This document shows positions 46,650 to 61,344 of a stretch of DNA of 64,000 nt, piece after piece (position 1 is the first letter of the stretch; each line of letters begins with the position of its first letter). The DNA is from Nemertoderma westbladi (taxonomy: Eukaryota; Animalia; Xenacoelomorpha). A program made the position numbers and the translations under genes. The notes beneath the pieces are model-generated. The model saw nothing but the letters and a program-made list of their open reading frames with translations. It was not told the DNA's origin and searched no databases. The stretch is from contig JAUCBJ010007620.1 in assembly GCA_032718475.1 (NCBI GenBank), positions 1 to 64,000 of the forward strand. Direction: 5' to 3'.

Positions 46650-47860
46650 GAGCAAACTGCACCAAAAGACTTGCGTATCTCGGATAATCATTCGCTCCAA
46701 AGTCAGGTCAGCCGCCAACACCTGCCCTTCTATCCATTTGTTGAAAAAATATACTTAACTCAATGTTTTCAAGTAGGCCTACTCAAAAAAACTCAATGAG
46801 AAAAAAAAATATTTCGATGCTGACGGGTCGCGGTGGTCTTCAATCAATGCTAGGAAACCAAGAAGCAAGGATATCAACCTTCGAAACACCCCTCACAGGA
46901 TTATCATCAGATCGTGATCTCAAAATCAGCGATCAGTACGAAAAACATCTTTCCACTTAATCTTCAACTTCGAAAAAAGAACCCAAGTCTTTGTCAAAAC
47001 ATACCTCATTCACTACAAGGAAGAAAAAATTCCTCATTGATTCAATCCAATGCCTTATTAATTTCGAAATTCAACAGATGCGAGATCAATTAAACCAGCT
47101 AATCAAGAACCAACATGAAATTAGGTGGATATTAGAAACTCTATGTGATGGGCAGGATGAAAACGAGCAATACTCTCGACACAATTCCCTATTAATTAAT
47201 GGACTCTGATTTGATCCATTGACTGAAAAAAACAAGGAGGACACAGTCGTTGTAGTACTAAACTTCCTACGTAACTTTGACCTTAACATCTCTGAATCCG
47301 ACATTGATCGTTGTCACCGACTATCAATATAAAAGAGAGAAATCATCCTGGCAATTATAGTAAAGTTTGTCCATTACTGTAGCTGGGCTGCAGTATTCCA
47401 ACGAACTCACAAACTATGATCGTCAGGCCTCTTCATTACCGAATCCCTAACCAAATCTTGATACGAGCTACTCCAGAAGATTAAAGAACGGGGAATCAGT
47501 GACAATTTATTCGGAATTTGGTGTCTCAAATCCCCAAGTTCTGATCACTTCCGATCACTGATCACCTTCACCTGGTTAAACACATTAATCAAGACGATAA
47601 CAAACTATTACAACCCAGACAAAGTAAATACCACAATGAATCTGCTTCTGGTAAACGTACATAGGCCATAAATGGAGTCATCATGGCGGAGACAGTCAGA
47701 AACCTCTCTCTCCTACAGTGGCTGAGGATTCCTCAGTTGATCGTCTCTCATCGAACTCAGTAGCCACAGTTTATATTTCCGACGTCGACTCCCACATTAA
47801 TAATCCCATAATGCCACCACCTGGTTTCACTCATTCGGAATCTACTATCTAAACTATTAT
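46650..47860 (+). mobile_element. Decayed LINE ORF1 fragment
   Basis: Coiled coil followed by 'EQYSRHNSLLINGL' and 'DIDRCHRL'; homologous to 49595-50285 on the other strand. Confidence 0.7.
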
Positions 47861-48112
47861 CCAATTCATTCATTCATTGTTTATAATCAAATAGAATTGA
47901 CATAGTTAATTATGAAGCAAAAGGTGCACTGGACGAATAAAAACAGACATAAAGTTGATATAAGTAAAGGTTAAAATCGTAGATATTATGTATTTAAAAA
48001 TGATGCAATTACAAATCATGTCTTAACCCCAAACGAGCCCCCCCCCCCCCCCCCCCCCCTCCCATCTTCAGGTGCTCGTGTAGTAGTACGTACATTAATT
48101 TATTAATTTAGC

Positions 48113-50285
48113 CTATTCTTCAGTTGTATGACTTGGTTTTAGAGATTGCAGGCGCTTCTTCAAGTTTCCTTTGAGGTAGTGGTAGTTGAGCAGAGAAGAT
48201 AGAGATGGGAGGCTATCTTCTAGGACTGCCAAACTGAAGTTTGGACATTTTATCATCCTGTGAATAGTTCCAAGACACGCAACAAAAGATAGTGTTGTTA
48301 TCAGTGATGTTTTGAAGAGAGTATAAATGCAGTCATTGGATACATAATTTCCAATGAGGAGTAGACCCCGTAGTACTTTCCTGTAGTGGGAATCGAGCCG
48401 CCTTTGATCATTAATGGATATTGCACCAATAACAAGGCCTTGGGAATGAATGTATGAAGGGATTGCAATCAATTTCCAGAGTTGTGCAATTACTTCAATA
48501 GAGTAATGTTTTGCAGTCCAGCCATTGTTGTGGAATCGTTCAGATAGTATAGTGAGATTGCGAATACAGTTGCCCAGTAGTTTGCAGTCTGATCTTAAGT
48601 TTACGCCTAGGAAGCAGATGGATTTAGAGTCTGCCACTAATGTTCCTCCAATGTTAAGTACAATTGGTATACTTTCAGAGGTGGCAGCTTTAAATACAGT
48701 CCATTTACTTTTGGAGGGGTCGAGTTCGAGCTTTAATCAGTTCATCATACTGGCAATGACTTGGACTATTCTCTCCAATTCCTGCCGAGAATTAGCAAGT
48801 ACTATGGTATCATATGCATAATTGATAACACGTATCATTGGCCATCTGTTGTTACCTGAATCCATGGGGCATAGAGTGTCGTAGATAGCTTGTGAGAAGA
48901 AATTGAAGAGATATGGGGAGGTGAGGGATCCTTGTTTAACTCCTATATTCACTTTGAAGCCATCAATATCTACACTGTTATCCATGTATATAAACATTAG
49001 TCCTAGTCTGTAGTAGCTGACTAGCTGGATAACCCTACATATGAAGGGGTTTAGGACCTCCAGTAATCGACTGAATAGTAGATGGTGATCTATGGAATCG
49101 AAAGCTGCCTCTATGTCAACCTGACAGACAAAGGTTGGCAAGAAAGCCTGGTGGTTATGTTCAAGTTGTTCTAGAATTGTAGAGATAATAATATCCAAGC
49201 CAATTCCCTTTTGATATGCTAGCAGAGCAGGATGGTGTTTTGTAATATCAGCCAATAGTGGCCTCAAATACTTTAAGCAAAAATATATATGCTCTAAATA
49301 ATAGGGCTGTATGCAGCTGGATCTGTCTCCTCTTTTCCTTTACCCTTGAAGATGCATTTAAGAACTGTTTCACCAAATATATTTGGGACCACTCCATTTC
49401 TGATGGAGGCGTTCATGATCATGGCCAGTGGCTTTCATATGTCACTCTCATTGCAATAGATCAGATGTTCTACAGTTAACATTCTGTTATCTGGGGATTT
49501 GTGTCTGGAGAGGGATAGGATTGCATTTCATATCATCAATTCCGAAATTGATAGCATGTTAGCTATTAGTTCCATTTAGCAAATTCGTTTTCAGTATAGT
49601 TTAGATAGTAGATTCTGAATGAGTGAAACCAGGAAAGGATCTCACAACCAGGTGGCATTATCCTCAGAGGAGTCGACGTCAGAAATATTAACTGTGGCTA
49701 CTGAGGCCAAAGAGAGACGTTCAACTGAGGAATCCTCAGCCACTATAGGAGAGAGAGGGTTGTGACGACTCCATTTTTGGCCGACGTAGGTTTACCAGTG
49801 GCAGATTCATTGTGGTATTTACTTTGTCTGGATCATAATAGTTTCTTATCTTCTTGATTAATGTGTTTAACCAGGTAAAGGTTATCAACCAAAGTAACCA
49901 GAACTTGGGGATTTGAGACTCCAAATTCCAAATAAATGGCCATCTCAGGACCAACTGATTCCCCATTATTTAATCTTCTGGAGTAGCTCGTATCAAGATT
50001 TGGTTAGGGATTTGGTAATAAAGAGGCCTGGTGATCGTAGTTTGTGTGTTCATTGGAATACTGCAGCCCAGCTGCGGTATTGGACAATCTTTACTATAAT
50101 TTGCCAGGATAATTTATATCTTTTATACTGGTAGTTGGTGACAATGATCAATGTCGGATTCAGAGATGTTAAGGTCAAAGTCACATAGGAAGTTTAGTAC
50201 GACAACAACTGTGTCCTCCTTGTTTTTTCAGTCGATGGATCAAATCGGATTCCGTTAATTAATAGGGAATTGTGGCGAGAGTATT
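48113..50285 (-). mobile_element. Decayed LINE: ORF1 remnant (49595-50285) followed by RT
   Basis: 'DIEAAFDSIDH', 'GVKQGSLTSPYLFNF', degenerate 'YAYD' (YADD), 'FLGV'. Confidence 0.8.
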
Positions 50286-51520
50286 CCAATTCCAATTTCA
50301 ATTTAAATTTATTTCCAATAATAATAAAAAAAATAGTATGCACCACACCAACAATTAAGAAATTTAACGTGATATTATTTTTAAATAGGATCGTTGGCTA
50401 AGTCCATTTTAAGAAGAAGGAAATTCAGGCTAGTCCACCGAAATAGCCGAAGCAAGTAAATTGGTTGAGTAGTCCGAAATTTGTATTGGAATAACAGGAT
50501 TTAAAAAAGTAACAATTAGACAGTAAACAACGGTCTAATATAATTTTTGTACAGCACACAATAATATATTTTGATTACAAATTACAATCCTTAGATGTGC
50601 TAGCTGCCATTGCCGAAAGCTGCTGTACATAGTAATAGAGTAATAGATAACTTATAGGTAGAATTAACTGGAGAGGATGTTCAATCTGCACGAAACCTAG
50701 CTAATAAGATTGAGAGAACGCATATTAAAATATCTATAGAAAGATTAAAAAATAAAAAATAAAAATAAAAAAGAAAGGGATGAATTAATTAATTTCTAAT
50801 TAGGTGGGATCATGTAATAGATGATTTTTTAGCTTATTAATGAACAATGGGTTGTTACGGATTTCACGAAGATTCGAATTAAGACAGTTACAGAGTAATT
50901 CGCCTTGGTACGACAAAGTCCTCCGACCAGTTTCGAGTCTTATTGAAGGAGGGCGAAAAAGAAGTGACGAGGGTGAACGAGTGTTGTGCTGGTGGACTGA
51001 CGACACTTTTGTGAATAAGTGGGATAAAGGGTGGCTGGATTTTTTAGAGATATCATAAATTAAGATACAAATTTGGAATTTATAAAGAGGATCAAGAGGC
51101 AATGTATTGAGTTTTTGATAGATTGGAAGTGAAGAGGATCTCTTTGGACTGAATGTGATGCACCATAGAATTTTGTTGAATTTTTTTTGAAGAGGTTCAA
51201 GAATACATGCTAACGTACTACCCCAAACAATAAGTGCATAATAAACATATGAATAAATGAGTAAGAAGAAAAGAGTGCGCATTATTTGGGGTGGAAGAAT
51301 GTCCCGGAGCTTATAGAAAATACCACCAGAATTGGCGATTTTATTAATAATGTATTGCACATGTGGACGAAAAGTTAATTTATGGTTAATAAAAACTCCT
51401 AAATATTTTGAAGTCTGAGTAGATTTGATTGGTTGGCCATTGAAAAGAACTTGGAGATCCGGAGGAAGTGGGGATTTGGAATTGGAAAATATGGTGTACT
51501 CAGTTTTTATTAGATCTAGA
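50286..51520 (-). mobile_element. 3' end of a CR1/L2-group LINE with 3' UTR and a (TTGRAA)-like tail
   Basis: 'KYLGV', 'YALIVWG', 'HQHNTR' C-terminal motifs. The tail on the minus strand is AATAAA followed by TTGAAA/TTGGAA repeats at about 50286-50315. Confidence 0.8.
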
Positions 51521-51615
51521 TCTCAGCAGTACTGCAGTAATGTACCACCACTTCTGAATTCTGCATTTTTTAATAATATTTTTAAATTAATTTAAACATT
51601 GATTTCGTATTTGGT

Positions 51616-54205
51616 ATGGGCAAATGCAAATCCTGTGGTGGATTTCAACAGAAGCTGCATAATGGTGGCTATTTTAATTCCTTTGCTGTCACTGTTCCAG
51701 GTACCAGTACTGCAGGAAGTCCAACTCTGGATCTTGGTGGTGTCGGCACGCAACAAGGTACCAGTATTGTTACCGGACCATATTTTACTCCATCACAACC
51801 GCACCCTACAGGCTTGGTCCAAGGTCAACCAGTATTCCGACATTCTTCCCCATGTATCAACAACCAAACCCTGATAGTGCATCTATCAGTACCCTATCAA
51901 TCTCACAACTTAAAGATATTATAGCTTCTAGTGTTGATGGTGCTATGAACCAATGGGTTACGGTGTTGGAGGAACACATCGACATTCTCGAGCAGGAAAA
52001 CACTATGCTGAAGAAAACCTGTACCAACCAGCAATGGTTTTGCGAGTCTATCGACAGGTCTCTGCGAGCACACAATGTGATTCTTTTAGGAGTCAGCGAA
52101 TCTGAATCATTGCTTAATGCAACGTCCGATAGAGATAAGTGCGTTGCGATTCTCAAGGAGATTGATTTGGAATCTGTACAAGACTTCACTACCCACAACC
52201 TGGGTAAGCAGAATCCAGGTACACACCAATCTCGGCCATTACTTATAGCATTGGGTCCAACTGCCTGTGATAGAAGAGAGATAATCCAACAGTCGAAGAA
52301 GTTAAAGGATAATGAAGAATTGAAAAGGGTGTTTATCAAACCTGGTATGCACTAGGGTATTTGTATCAAGATCAAACGATTACAGGGTATTGCTAAAACT
52401 GAGGCTGATAAACCAGAAAATGTTGGAAGTAACATTAGCTATGACCCAGAGTCGAGATCCGTTGTAAGGGATGGAATTGTTATTGATTCAATTAATCCGG
52501 ATTTTTAGATTTCCGCCACACTAACTGTGTTGTATTAAGCTTATTATCTTGGAACTTGCCGAGAAATACCTTCTCAAGCAGGTGTCAGTTTTATTTATGC
52601 AATATGACCTAATTTTTATTCAAGAAATCAAAAATTCTTATAGGTTCGCAGTACCTGGTTATGTTGTTCGAAGACCACTGCCTTGTAAGAATTTACATCG
52701 AGGAGGGGTCACTGTACTGGTTCATCATTGTGTTTATTCTTCCGGGGTTTCCATAGAAACAGAAGATGATATCATATGGTTACGGTTGCACTTGTACCAA
52801 GGGATTATGTTCGCATGTATTTATAGCCCACCATCTGATTCGCGGTTATACTCAATGAAAGTATGGGGGAGGATACAAGAAAAGATATCCGGCAGCCCAG
52901 ATTGGCAACAATTTATTATTGCAGGGGACATTAATGCTTGGCTTGGTGATCTCAGCACAGCTAAATCTCCTAACAGGATCTCCTATAGCTCCCCAGACGA
53001 TTTGACTATTAATACAGTGGGGAAACGAGTTCTGCAATTCTGTAATGACTGCTCACTGTATAACGTCAGCTATTCATCGAGCTCATATAGAAGAATGGGT
53101 GGAGGCCTAACCTTCAGATGGAAATCTGGATTCATAACAGAGCTTGATCGGTGCCTTGTGAGTACAAGTTTATCTCAATAAGTGCAAAGTTTTTTGTATA
53201 TCCAGAAGTTTTGCCATCCGCACATGCAGCAATTTCATTAACAGTTAAGGTGGGCGACCAGCTATCTGCTGGTTATCTGGCATAGTGCTCTACGCAGCTA
53301 GGTAAGTATGGGGCCTCGCATTTGTGAAAAACCCATTAAATTATCGAATGTTATCTGCTCCGCTTTCCTCGAATCACTCGGCAACCATTCGCGATTTACA
53401 GACATGTTATCGGATGAATCACAATCACTAGATTCGATTATCAGAAACTTCCAAAATTCAGTATATGGTGCAGCATCGGTAAACAGGATCCTACCGGCAA
53501 GCCAACCCGAAAATCTGCTACCAGGTCCTTCATCTGCTGAGGGCGATTCTGCTTGGAGGCGGGATGACCTAAGGTGGGATTCCCTCCTCCATGATGGTGA
53601 TCCAGCGGCCATCTGGAGACGAGTTGGGTGGTCGGGGAACATTCTCGACTGTAAGGAGGGTGCCAAACCAGGAGAGGATGAGTTCGGATCCATTTTGAAA
53701 CCCTGTTAAACTCAGCCACCAATGAAGATCTTGTTAGCAACCCGGGAGGTTGACGAAGGCTTACATCAATGAAAGCATCTCCAAAGCATCTGGACTGGAT
53801 GGTATAGTTCCGGGTGTGTTAAAGTTCCTCACGCTCCAATGGATAGTTGTGTTGACGCTAATTTTAAACTCGGTGTTTACAGCCAGTTCAGCCCCTATTA
53901 ACTGGTCGCTCATCAAGTAACAACAGTGTTTAAGCGCGGTGCACCAATATTGTGTACTAACTATAGGGGTATACGTGTACTAAATTCTATAGTCCGTTTG
54001 TATGATAGCATTTTAACTAAACGGCTGCGATGTTGGTTCACACCAGACACAGAGCAGGCAGGGGCACAAAAATATCGGTCTTGTTCAGAGCATATACTAC
54101 TTACCTTACTGTTACTTATAGATTATGTAGTGTGTAAGAAATTACAATTATATATGGTGTTCATTGACTTAACAACTGCCTATGATAAAGTACCCCGATT
54201 TATAA
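51616..54205 (+). mobile_element. Decayed 3'-truncated LINE: ORF1, AP endonuclease and start of RT
   Basis: ORF1 'RAHNVILLGVSE..SRPLL'; endonuclease 'IFIQE', 'RGGV', 'IYSPP', 'AGDINA'; RT 'NYRGI', 'EQAG', 'FIDLTTAYDKV'. Confidence 0.85.
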
Positions 54206-54209
54206 TTAA

Positions 54210-54530
54210 AAGTAGCCAGATAATCTGTAACAGCGGAGAAGTTAGTGGGTAAACTTCTACAATTTAAGTGAAATATTGAAAATGGGCGCACACTATTTGC
54301 ATATAATTCATCAAATTTTACATAATTCATCATAGTAACTATGAATGAATTGTTGAGCCGTCGGTTGAGCCTTGCTGATGAACCGTCACTAAATAAATTT
54401 GAATTTAAATTCGTATCAGGATTAATTGAGTCAAAGATTGCATTGCCTGAATCAAGACTTAGGTTTTCATCATAAGATTCACCGTCACTAAATCTGATGT
54501 AGGGACCAACGAAAAGTGAAAAATATTAGA
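54210..54530 (-). mobile_element. CR1/L2-like ORF2 5' fragment
   Basis: Minus-strand translation contains 'PFSIFHLNCRSLPTNF', the endonuclease start motif. Confidence 0.55.
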
Positions 54531-55827
54531 ATTACATAGTATACACCACGGTGGAGAATCTGGTGTAGCGGACTACCATGGACGGACAAGGGCACACAAA
54601 AGATACTGATAGACCCTTGGCTCAATATAACTCACTAGTTGGCTCGCCCACGGAATGGCTCGCCCCAACTAGAGAATATACTTTCAGTATACAGTGCAAT
54701 ACTGTAGCTCTTAGGCCTACCGCATTAGGCTGTCAGGCTTCTGATTGTCTGAACATCAGATTGACAATATAATACGGATATAAAACCTGTTCTTATATTT
54801 TGCTATAATATTATAATGTTATAAAGTGGGACGCTAAAGAGACGACTCTCAGCGTACCTACATTGGCATTAAATCAGATGGTGAAAGAAAAGAACCAACC
54901 ACATTGGAAGTGGAATGTATGGTTGCAGATTCGACATCGAAAGCTATTATCTTTTGGGGTGACATTTGAAAAGCAGAAATCACAGATGCTGCACCTATTA
55001 AATTTGGGGTGGAATCACTAATATTTATAGGATACAATAGGTCTTAGTTGTACTGAAAATCTCACAATTTAATTTAATAGATTTTGCCAATGCACCAAAC
55101 ATAAGAGACTGCCTTTTGTACGAGAACAGATTGATGTTTTATTAATCTTAATTTTTTAACATTAAGTAATCTTAAAAAATAAAGAAACTGTCTAGCGTAC
55201 GACTACCCCACTGAGTTTCCCCCGAGAAACTCACGGGAAACTAATAGACTCGATAATTTAATGAAAAAACTTTATAATTTTTAACACTGAACTTCAGTTA
55301 ATAAAGAAAAATATAGATTGTGCCTTTTGCACGAGAACTGATTAATGTCTACTAAGATTCCACCGAGAATCTCAGGGGAAGCTAATAGACTCGATAATTA
55401 AGGGAAAAAAATTACTAATATTGAACACTGAACTTCAGTTAATAAAGAAGAATATGGAGACTGCCTTGCACGAGAACTGATTAATGTCAACTAAAATTCC
55501 ACCGAGTATTGCTCATTTTCGTCCTGCCCATCACGTAGAGTTTTTAATATCCACCAAATTTAGTGTTGGTTCTTGATTAGCTGGTTTAATTGATTTCGCA
55601 TCTGTTGAATTTCGAAATAAATAAGGCATGGATTGAAGGGCAGGCGTTGGCGAATGACCTGACTTTGGAGCGAATGATTATCCGAGATACGGAAGTCTGC
55701 TAGTGCAGTTTGCTTTGTTTCAACAAATATAAATTAGGCCTATATACTGTACACACTCTAATTACTTACTACATGTTGTATGTTTGTATGTTTCAAGTTC
55801 AAGAGTTTTGATCTAAAATGTGAATAC

Positions 55828-58697
55828 CGGAATTCTAACCCTAGTACACACACACGCCCACTCACGCCCACACACGCCCACTCACGCCCACACACGCCCA
55901 CTCACGCCCACACACGCCCACTCAGTGCATAACCTCTTGGGTCACCCACACACGCCCACTCAGTGCATAACCTCTTGGGTCACCCACACACGCCCACTCA
56001 GTGCATAACCTCTTGGGTCACCCACACACGCCCACTCAGTGCATAACCTCTTGGGTCACCCACACACGCCCACTCAGTGCATAACCTCTTGGGACACCCA
56101 CACACGCCCACTCAGTGCATAACCTCTTGGGTCACCCACACACGCCCACTCACGCCCACACACGCCCACTCAGTGCATAACCTCTTGGGTCAACGGAATT
56201 CTAACCCTAGTACCCACACACGCCCACTCACGCCCACACACGCCCACTCAGTGCATAACCTCTTGGGTCACCCACACACGCCCACTCAGTGCATAACCTC
56301 TTGGGTCACCCACACACGCCCACTCAGTGCATAACCTCTTGGGTCACCCACACACGCCCACTCAGTGCATAACCTCTTGGGTCACCCACACACGCCCACT
56401 CAGTGCATAACCTCTTGGGACACCCACACACGCCCACTCAGTGCATAACCTCTTGGGTCACCCACACACGCCCACTCACGCCCACACACGCCCACTCAGT
56501 GCATAACCTCTTGGGTCAACGGAATTCTAACCCTAGTACCCACACACGCCCACTCAGTGCATAACCTCTTGGGTCAGTGGGACTAAACGACTTTCTAGTA
56601 CCCACACACGCCCACTCAGTGCATAACCTCTTGGGTCAGTGGGACTAAACGACTTTCTAGTACCCACACACGCCCACTCAGTGCATAACCTCTTGGGTCA
56701 GTGGGACTCAACGACTTTCTAGTACCCACACACGCCCACTCAGTGCATAACCTCTTGGGTCAGTGGGACTAAACGACTTTCTAGTACCCACACACGCCCA
56801 CTCAGTTCATAACCTCTTGGGTCAGTGGGACTAAACGACTTTCTAGTACCCACACACGCCCACTCACACCCACACACGCCCACTCAGTGCATAACCTCTT
56901 GGGTCAGTGGGACTAAACGACTTTCTAGTACCCACACACGCCCACTCAGTGCATAGCCTCTTGGGTCAGTGGGACTAAACGACTTTCTAGTACCCACACA
57001 CGCCCACTCAGTGCATAACCTCTTGGGTCAGTGGGACTAAACGACTTTCTAGTACCCACACACGCCCACTCAGTGCATAACCTCTTGGGTCAGTGGGACT
57101 AAACGACTTTCTAGTACCCACACACGCCCACTCAGTGCATAACCTCTTGGGTCAGTGGGACTAAACGACTTTCTAGTACCCACACACGCCCACTCAGTGC
57201 ATAACCTCTTGGTTCAGTGGGACTAAACGACTTTCTAGTACCCACACACGCCCACTCACACCCACACACGCCCACTCAGTGCATAACCTCTTGGGTCAGT
57301 GGGACTAAACGACTTTCTAGTACCCACACACGCCCACTCAGTGCATAACCTCTTGGGTCAGTGCGACTAAACGACTTTCTAGTACCCACACACGCCCACT
57401 CAGTGCATAACCTCTTGGGTCAGTGGGACTAAACGACTTTCTAGTACCCACACACGCCCACTCACACCCACACACGCCCACTCAGTGCATAACCTCTTGG
57501 GTCAGTGGGACTAAACGACTTTCTAGTACCCACACACGGCCACTCAGTGCATAACCTCTTGGGTCAGTGGGACTAAACGACTTTCTAGTACCCACACACG
57601 CCCACTCACACCCACACACGCCCACTCAGTGCATAACCTCTTGGGTCAGTGGGACTAAACGACTTTCTAGTACCCACACACGCCCACTCAGTGCATAACC
57701 TCTTGGGTCAGTGGGACTAAACGACTTTCTAGTACCCACACACGCCCACTCAGTGCATAACCTCTTGGGTCAGTGGGACTAAACGACTTTCTAGTACCCA
57801 CACACGCCCACTCAGTGCATAACCTCTTGGGTCAGTGGGACTAAACGACTTTCTAGTACCCACACACGCCCACTCAGTGCATAACCTCTTGGGTCAGTGG
57901 GACTAAACGACTTTCTAGTACCCACACACGCCCACTCACACCGACACACGCCCACTCAGTGCATAACCTCTTGGGTCAGCGGGACTAAACGACTTTCTAG
58001 TACCCACACACGCCCACTCACACCCACACACGCCCACTCAGTGCATAACCTCTTGGGTCAGTGGGACTAAACGACTTTCTAGTACCCACACACGCCCACT
58101 CAGTGCATAACCTCTTGGGTCAGTGGGACTAAACAACTTTCTAGTACCCACACACGCCCACTCACGCCCACACACGCCCACTCAGTGCATAACCTCTTGG
58201 GTCAGTGGGACTAAACGACTTTCTAGTACCCACTCACGCCCACTCAGTGCATAACCTCTTGGGTCAGTGGGACTAAACGACTTTCTAGTACCCACTCACG
58301 CCCACACACGCCCACTCAGTGCATAACCTCTTGGGTCAGTGGGACTAAACGACTTTCTAGTACCCACACACGCCCACTCAGTGCATAACCTCTTGGGTCA
58401 GTGGGACTAAACGACTTTCTAGTACCCACTCACGCCCACACACGCCCACTCAGTGCATAACCTCTTGGGTCAGTGGGACTAAACGACTTTCTAGTACCCA
58501 CACACGCCCACTCAGTGCATAACCTCTTGGGTCAGTGGGACTAAACGACTTTCTAGTACCCACTCACGCCCACACACGCCCACTCAGTGCATAACCTCTT
58601 GGGTCAGTGGGACTAAACGACTTTCTAGTACCCACTCACGCCCACACACGCCCACTCAGTGCATAACCTCTTGGGTCAGTGGGACTAAACGACTTTC
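55828..58697. repeat. Compound minisatellite: 10/20-bp, then 38-bp, then 62-bp units
   Basis: Core CCCACACACGCCCACTCAGTGCATAACCTCTTGGGTCA, which gains GTGGGACTAAACGACTTTCTAGTA from about 56575. Confidence 0.97.
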
Positions 58698-59320
58698 ATT
58701 TTAGTTTTCGTTTTGTTTTTATAAACATTTTGAATGTTAGACGGCCTTTATGAAGCAGTAATGACTCTACTGAAAGATTATTTTCGGGTACATATATTTG
58801 ACAGATTGACATCATTTTCATATTTAGCATACAAAAAAAGCAGGAAATGTGTAGAAAGGAAACAAGGAGAGGGGAAAATCCCCAAGGGAGAAAGGAGTGG
58901 GAAACTCGGAGAAAGGAGTGGGAAACTCGCAATCAACTTGTGAGGAAAGAAACGAATTTGAATGCCGACATAAAATTATGAATTTACATCAAATTTTATA
59001 TCTGTACGGTTATTCAAATTATTTAATTTTGTTAATGTAAAGATCAGGATAAGCTTTTTGCAACAGCAACACCAATACAAATGCGTTGCTACATGTTTTT
59101 ACATCATGACTAATTCTAAAAATTATTTTAACAAGTTTGGATAGAGTTTATTTTTTCGATCCTTTGACTCGTTCGAGTTTATGAATCTTTCGACCCTTCT
59201 CTCATGCGTGGCTCGCCCCACAACTACGAGTTTATTATATGCAGGGAGTACTACTAGGTCCAGTGAGATCGCTCAAATGAGATATGAGTAACATTGACTT
59301 GATATTAAATGACATATAAT

Positions 59321-60390
59321 AACTAGAAAGCCAGCAAGCAGGCTGGAAGGAGCCCGGGGGAAAAATCCTAGCCAAGACTATTACAAAGAACTATGTCAGT
59401 CAGCAGTAAGTAAACTAAAATTGTCTAAACTGCAAGGCGTGAGGCTAGCTGACTTTGTGGCTCGCCCCACATAATAGAAAATGCAACTTAGCTACCACTA
59501 ACAAAAATATAATATGAAGCAAATAATTTCATTATCAAGAACGTTTACAAGATATAAGATGCGATTACCGAATATTTATAAGAAATGCCCATGATGCACA
59601 ACCAGATAAATAACAAGGAATAGAGCCAAATAACAAATTTAGTTTCCTTCTATAGGTATTACCCCGTCGTCAAGCGGAATATCTCTTCCCAGTGAATTCT
59701 ATGTGAATATGTAATATAGGTACTCCTTAGGCGGTAGGCCAGAGCGGGCTCCTTAAATACATGCAACTACTGTATTATAGTGTAGGTCAACTATAAAACA
59801 TTTTGCAATCCACAGTGAGTATCGACTGCAATAGGACACAACACACTGCTTTGTGTAACTAAAATTCATTCTCCTGATCCACCCCCTAACATAGCAGAGT
59901 GAGTAACCTTAATGTAGATATACCCTTAGGAAGCACTGGGAGAGCAATCAGCTTATGGCGTAATACATTAGAAACCAACAGCTTATGTGTGAGTAAACAT
60001 TGCCTTTCCTTATAGCCTACTAGTAAAACTTGGCAACCAACACGTTTTTCTATGACTGTGTATAACATATTAAGCCATATTTCATCATGAACACCAGCTG
60101 TTATTTTACCATTGCTTTTAATTTCGCGACAAAACAATGTCAAAAAACTAAATATATCGAATACCACACGTAGAATCGATCTGAAATTTTGTAACGCGAT
60201 TATGAACCACCAAAGCAATGTACTTGCAAAATTTCATCAAAATCGCCAGGCAGGAAGTGCCTTAACCTAGATAATTATCAGTCAGTATGTCAGTCAGTAT
60301 GTCAGTCAGTGTAATGTATCCTGAGATTTTTACAGAAAGTATCCCTGAGATACTTACAGTAAGTATCCCGCTGTCAAGCGGGCTCCTAAT
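59321..60390. mobile_element. Possible Helentron-associated (DINE/HINE-like) non-autonomous element
   Basis: Starts AACTAGA; contains AAAATTTCATCAAAATCG, a (GTCA)n microsatellite and a terminal hairpin CCCGC-TGTCAA-GCGGG. Confidence 0.35.
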
Positions 60391-61344
60391 TAAAATAAGC
60401 CAATTGTTCTTGAATATAAGTAAGTAAATGTTAATTATTAAGATAATTAAATATTCGATTGGGTTTTAGGAGAAGCAGTTTGTGATTGGGTTATAAAATC
60501 TATATCAGATATATTCATATTTAAGAATGGTTTTAGGAATTCCATATATTGTTGTATAACTGCGACCTTCGCCACAATTTAAGGTTAGTTTCAGTTTGCA
60601 TTAACTTATACGTGTAACAAACAATTGTATTTTTGCATTAGAACCAAGCTTCACTCTGCACCAGCAAGTTTGTAAACCTTGGAAGGATAATTTCTTTATA
60701 AAGGAATCAAAACTATTCATATAAGTCGATCTGTAATTTTGTTCACAGATTTATTACGACCTCGACATTAGGTTGTTGTGTGGTGCGAACAACTACAGTA
60801 TAAGATATCTGGAGTCAGCTCTGCTATTATTGTGTGCCAAGATGTGGGACAGGGTTCGCAAGTGAATTGTAACCTGACCCAGAATACGAAGGCGCGGAAA
60901 TTTGTGATAATATCGGTAATAACTATTTACATTGTGTGTAAAGTAGCACTTTACAGTGTGATGATCCGAGTGGCTTTGTTACACGAACGAACGTTAGTGA
61001 GTGAGTGAAAATAAAGCCACGAGGATCAGAACACTTTAAAGTACTTTGCAACAGTTTTATTCCAAAATTGTAACATTACGAAATGATTGTACAAATACAT
61101 TATAAGTGATAGAAACTGCACAAACTATATTAGTTGCTGTATAAATAAATGTAAAAGTGACATAAATTATGTTATAAATAATATAGCTAGGCCCTACCGG
61201 TTATTAATAGCTATACCCCGCCTACCGGTAGGAATTGCAGTAGGCCTATCTGGCTGTCAGGCAAATTTCCACCTATTGTATACGTGGCAACCATTGATGC
61301 CGTAACTTTACGAGACAGGGGGGAAACTGGACGCAAATACCATG

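Noticed and set aside
55921-58697. CRISPR-like appearance and resemblance to the T7 terminator (GCATAACC.CTTGGG...CTAAACG)
   Set aside because: There are no unique spacers and no cas genes, and the context is eukaryotic. The T7 hairpin and U-tract are absent, so the match is treated as coincidence.
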